DNA of 63,808 bases, the filler included, from Nemertoderma westbladi (Eukaryota > Animalia > Xenacoelomorpha): NCBI GenBank assembly GCA_032718475.1. It is 3 parts of 3 records of this genome, joined end to end, with 100 filler letters (N's around TTAATTAATTAA, not from the genome) between each part and the next. Parts side by side here need not be neighbours in the genome. Positions count along the whole stretch, not along the records: positions 56,437 to 63,808 come from JAUCBJ010008116.1; 2 more parts are not named here. One strand, 5' to 3'. The notes beneath the pieces are model-generated. The model had not been told where the DNA came from and did no database searches. It saw only the letters and a list, made by a program, of their open reading frames with translations. This document shows positions 62,896-63,808 of the stretch, piece by piece. The first letter of the stretch is position 1; every line of letters starts with the position of its first letter. A program made the position numbers and the translations under genes.

Positions 62896-63037
62896 ATTGA
62901 ACCACCAAGATCGCAATTACAACTTTCGCAACCGAAAGGGTTGAGTTCCGTTAGAGAGTAGAAACCATTCCGACATTTGGTGCATTTATTAAACAAATCA
63001 GCTTGGTTGAGAACATTATGTTTACACCAGCATCTAC
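62896..63037 (-). CDS. LAMA3/5: Laminin alpha exon (LE repeat)
   Basis: TGTAG acceptor, GRCWCKHNV...CTKCRNGFYSLTELNPFGCESCNCDLGGS, GTTAGT donor; phases fit both neighbours. Confidence 0.9.
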
Positions 63038-63541
63038 CTACAATTGTATTATACGCAATAATATAATATTATATAAACGCAAGGGAATTCAAAAATAAAC
63101 AATTCAACATAAGGCAGACACGGGATGCATTGAATACAAACCGAAACTTCACTATATTAGCTCATTGTTCATTCATTTAGGTTTAATGTATTTATGATTT
63201 GAGAGAACGCACACAAATTTAATAAACAGAAAATTAAAGTGTTTCAGCACTCCAAATATTTACTAAAAATTTGTTGAGATATAAATTTAAGAGAGGTAAT
63301 AATTTAAATTAAGGTAAACAGGATAAGGATGACGCAAAAACATCATTATTGCAAATATTTCAAAACCCATGGATTCCTGAGATATGATTGTATATTTTGA
63401 GGTATTATTTCTGAAAACCAATTTTTTGTCTTATAACAACCGAAAATACTGTCATTTAAGTTTCACATCACTCCAAGAAACATTCCTACACCGGTTCAAA
63501 TTTAAAATTAAATGTTTTTGTAGATAATAAACATGACTAAC

Positions 63542-63677
63542 CAGTTTGTTGGTTACAGAATTCTAGAAGATTGACTGAACCTTGCGTATGGCAGTTACAG
63601 GGAAGACAACCTTGTTCATTTTCAGCTTCTAGATTCCAATGTCCAGGTTTACATGTATCACAAATCTGTCCGCTAAC
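63542..63677 (-). CDS. LAMA3/5: Laminin alpha exon (LE repeat)
   Basis: TTTTTAG acceptor, VSGQICDTCKPGHWNLEAENEQGCLPCNCHTQGSVNLLEFCNQQT, GTTAGT donor, phase 1 fits next exon. Confidence 0.9.
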
Positions 63678-63808
63678 CTAAAAAGCATTTGGTAAGACTA
63701 ATTGACAATCAGAAATTAAATAATATTAAGAAATAAAATTCTGACTTTTATTTATTTGTGTCCAATTAATTTCGCACCTTGGGGAGCATCCATAAACGAC
63801 TTCCGAGG

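Noticed and set aside
63777-63808. Further laminin exon at the window end
   Set aside because: A donor-like AAG|GTGCGA exists but the required phase translates without LE cysteines; unsupported

Overview
AT-rich invertebrate animal (metazoan) genomic DNA, not prokaryotic. The window is three pieces joined by identical artificial 100-bp spacers (N44-TTAATTAATTAA-N44 at 25055-25154 and 56337-56436), so adjacency across them is unproven. Host genes: a G-protein beta subunit with an intronless CDS (19030-20055 +), the last exon of a divergent tail-less alpha-tubulin (-), three exons of a phospholipid scramblase (+), and part of a laminin alpha-3/5-type chain (-) including a 5.9-kb exon. The rest is mostly mobile DNA. 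(i) Two members of one BEL/Pao LTR-retrotransposon family share a ~1.2-kb LTR. One carries RNase H-integrase plus a decayed extra ~480-codon triple-zinc-knuckle ORF in the env position. The other keeps an intact 1518-aa Gag-protease ORF from which RT/RNase H and integrase were deleted in frame. (ii) An L2-type LINE has ORF1 and ORF2 in one frame separated by TGA-CAA-CCA (readthrough context) and a 30-bp coding minisatellite, and is inserted with a 5-bp TSD into a transposase-like ORF. (iii) RTE and Penelope fragments, TA-flanked MITEs and several minisatellites. Non-coding DNA is peppered with TA-CCGG-TA, TA-CAG-TA and similar micro-insertions that look like accumulated Tc1/mariner/pogo excision footprints. 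All calls come from reading the sequence by eye; no searches were run.
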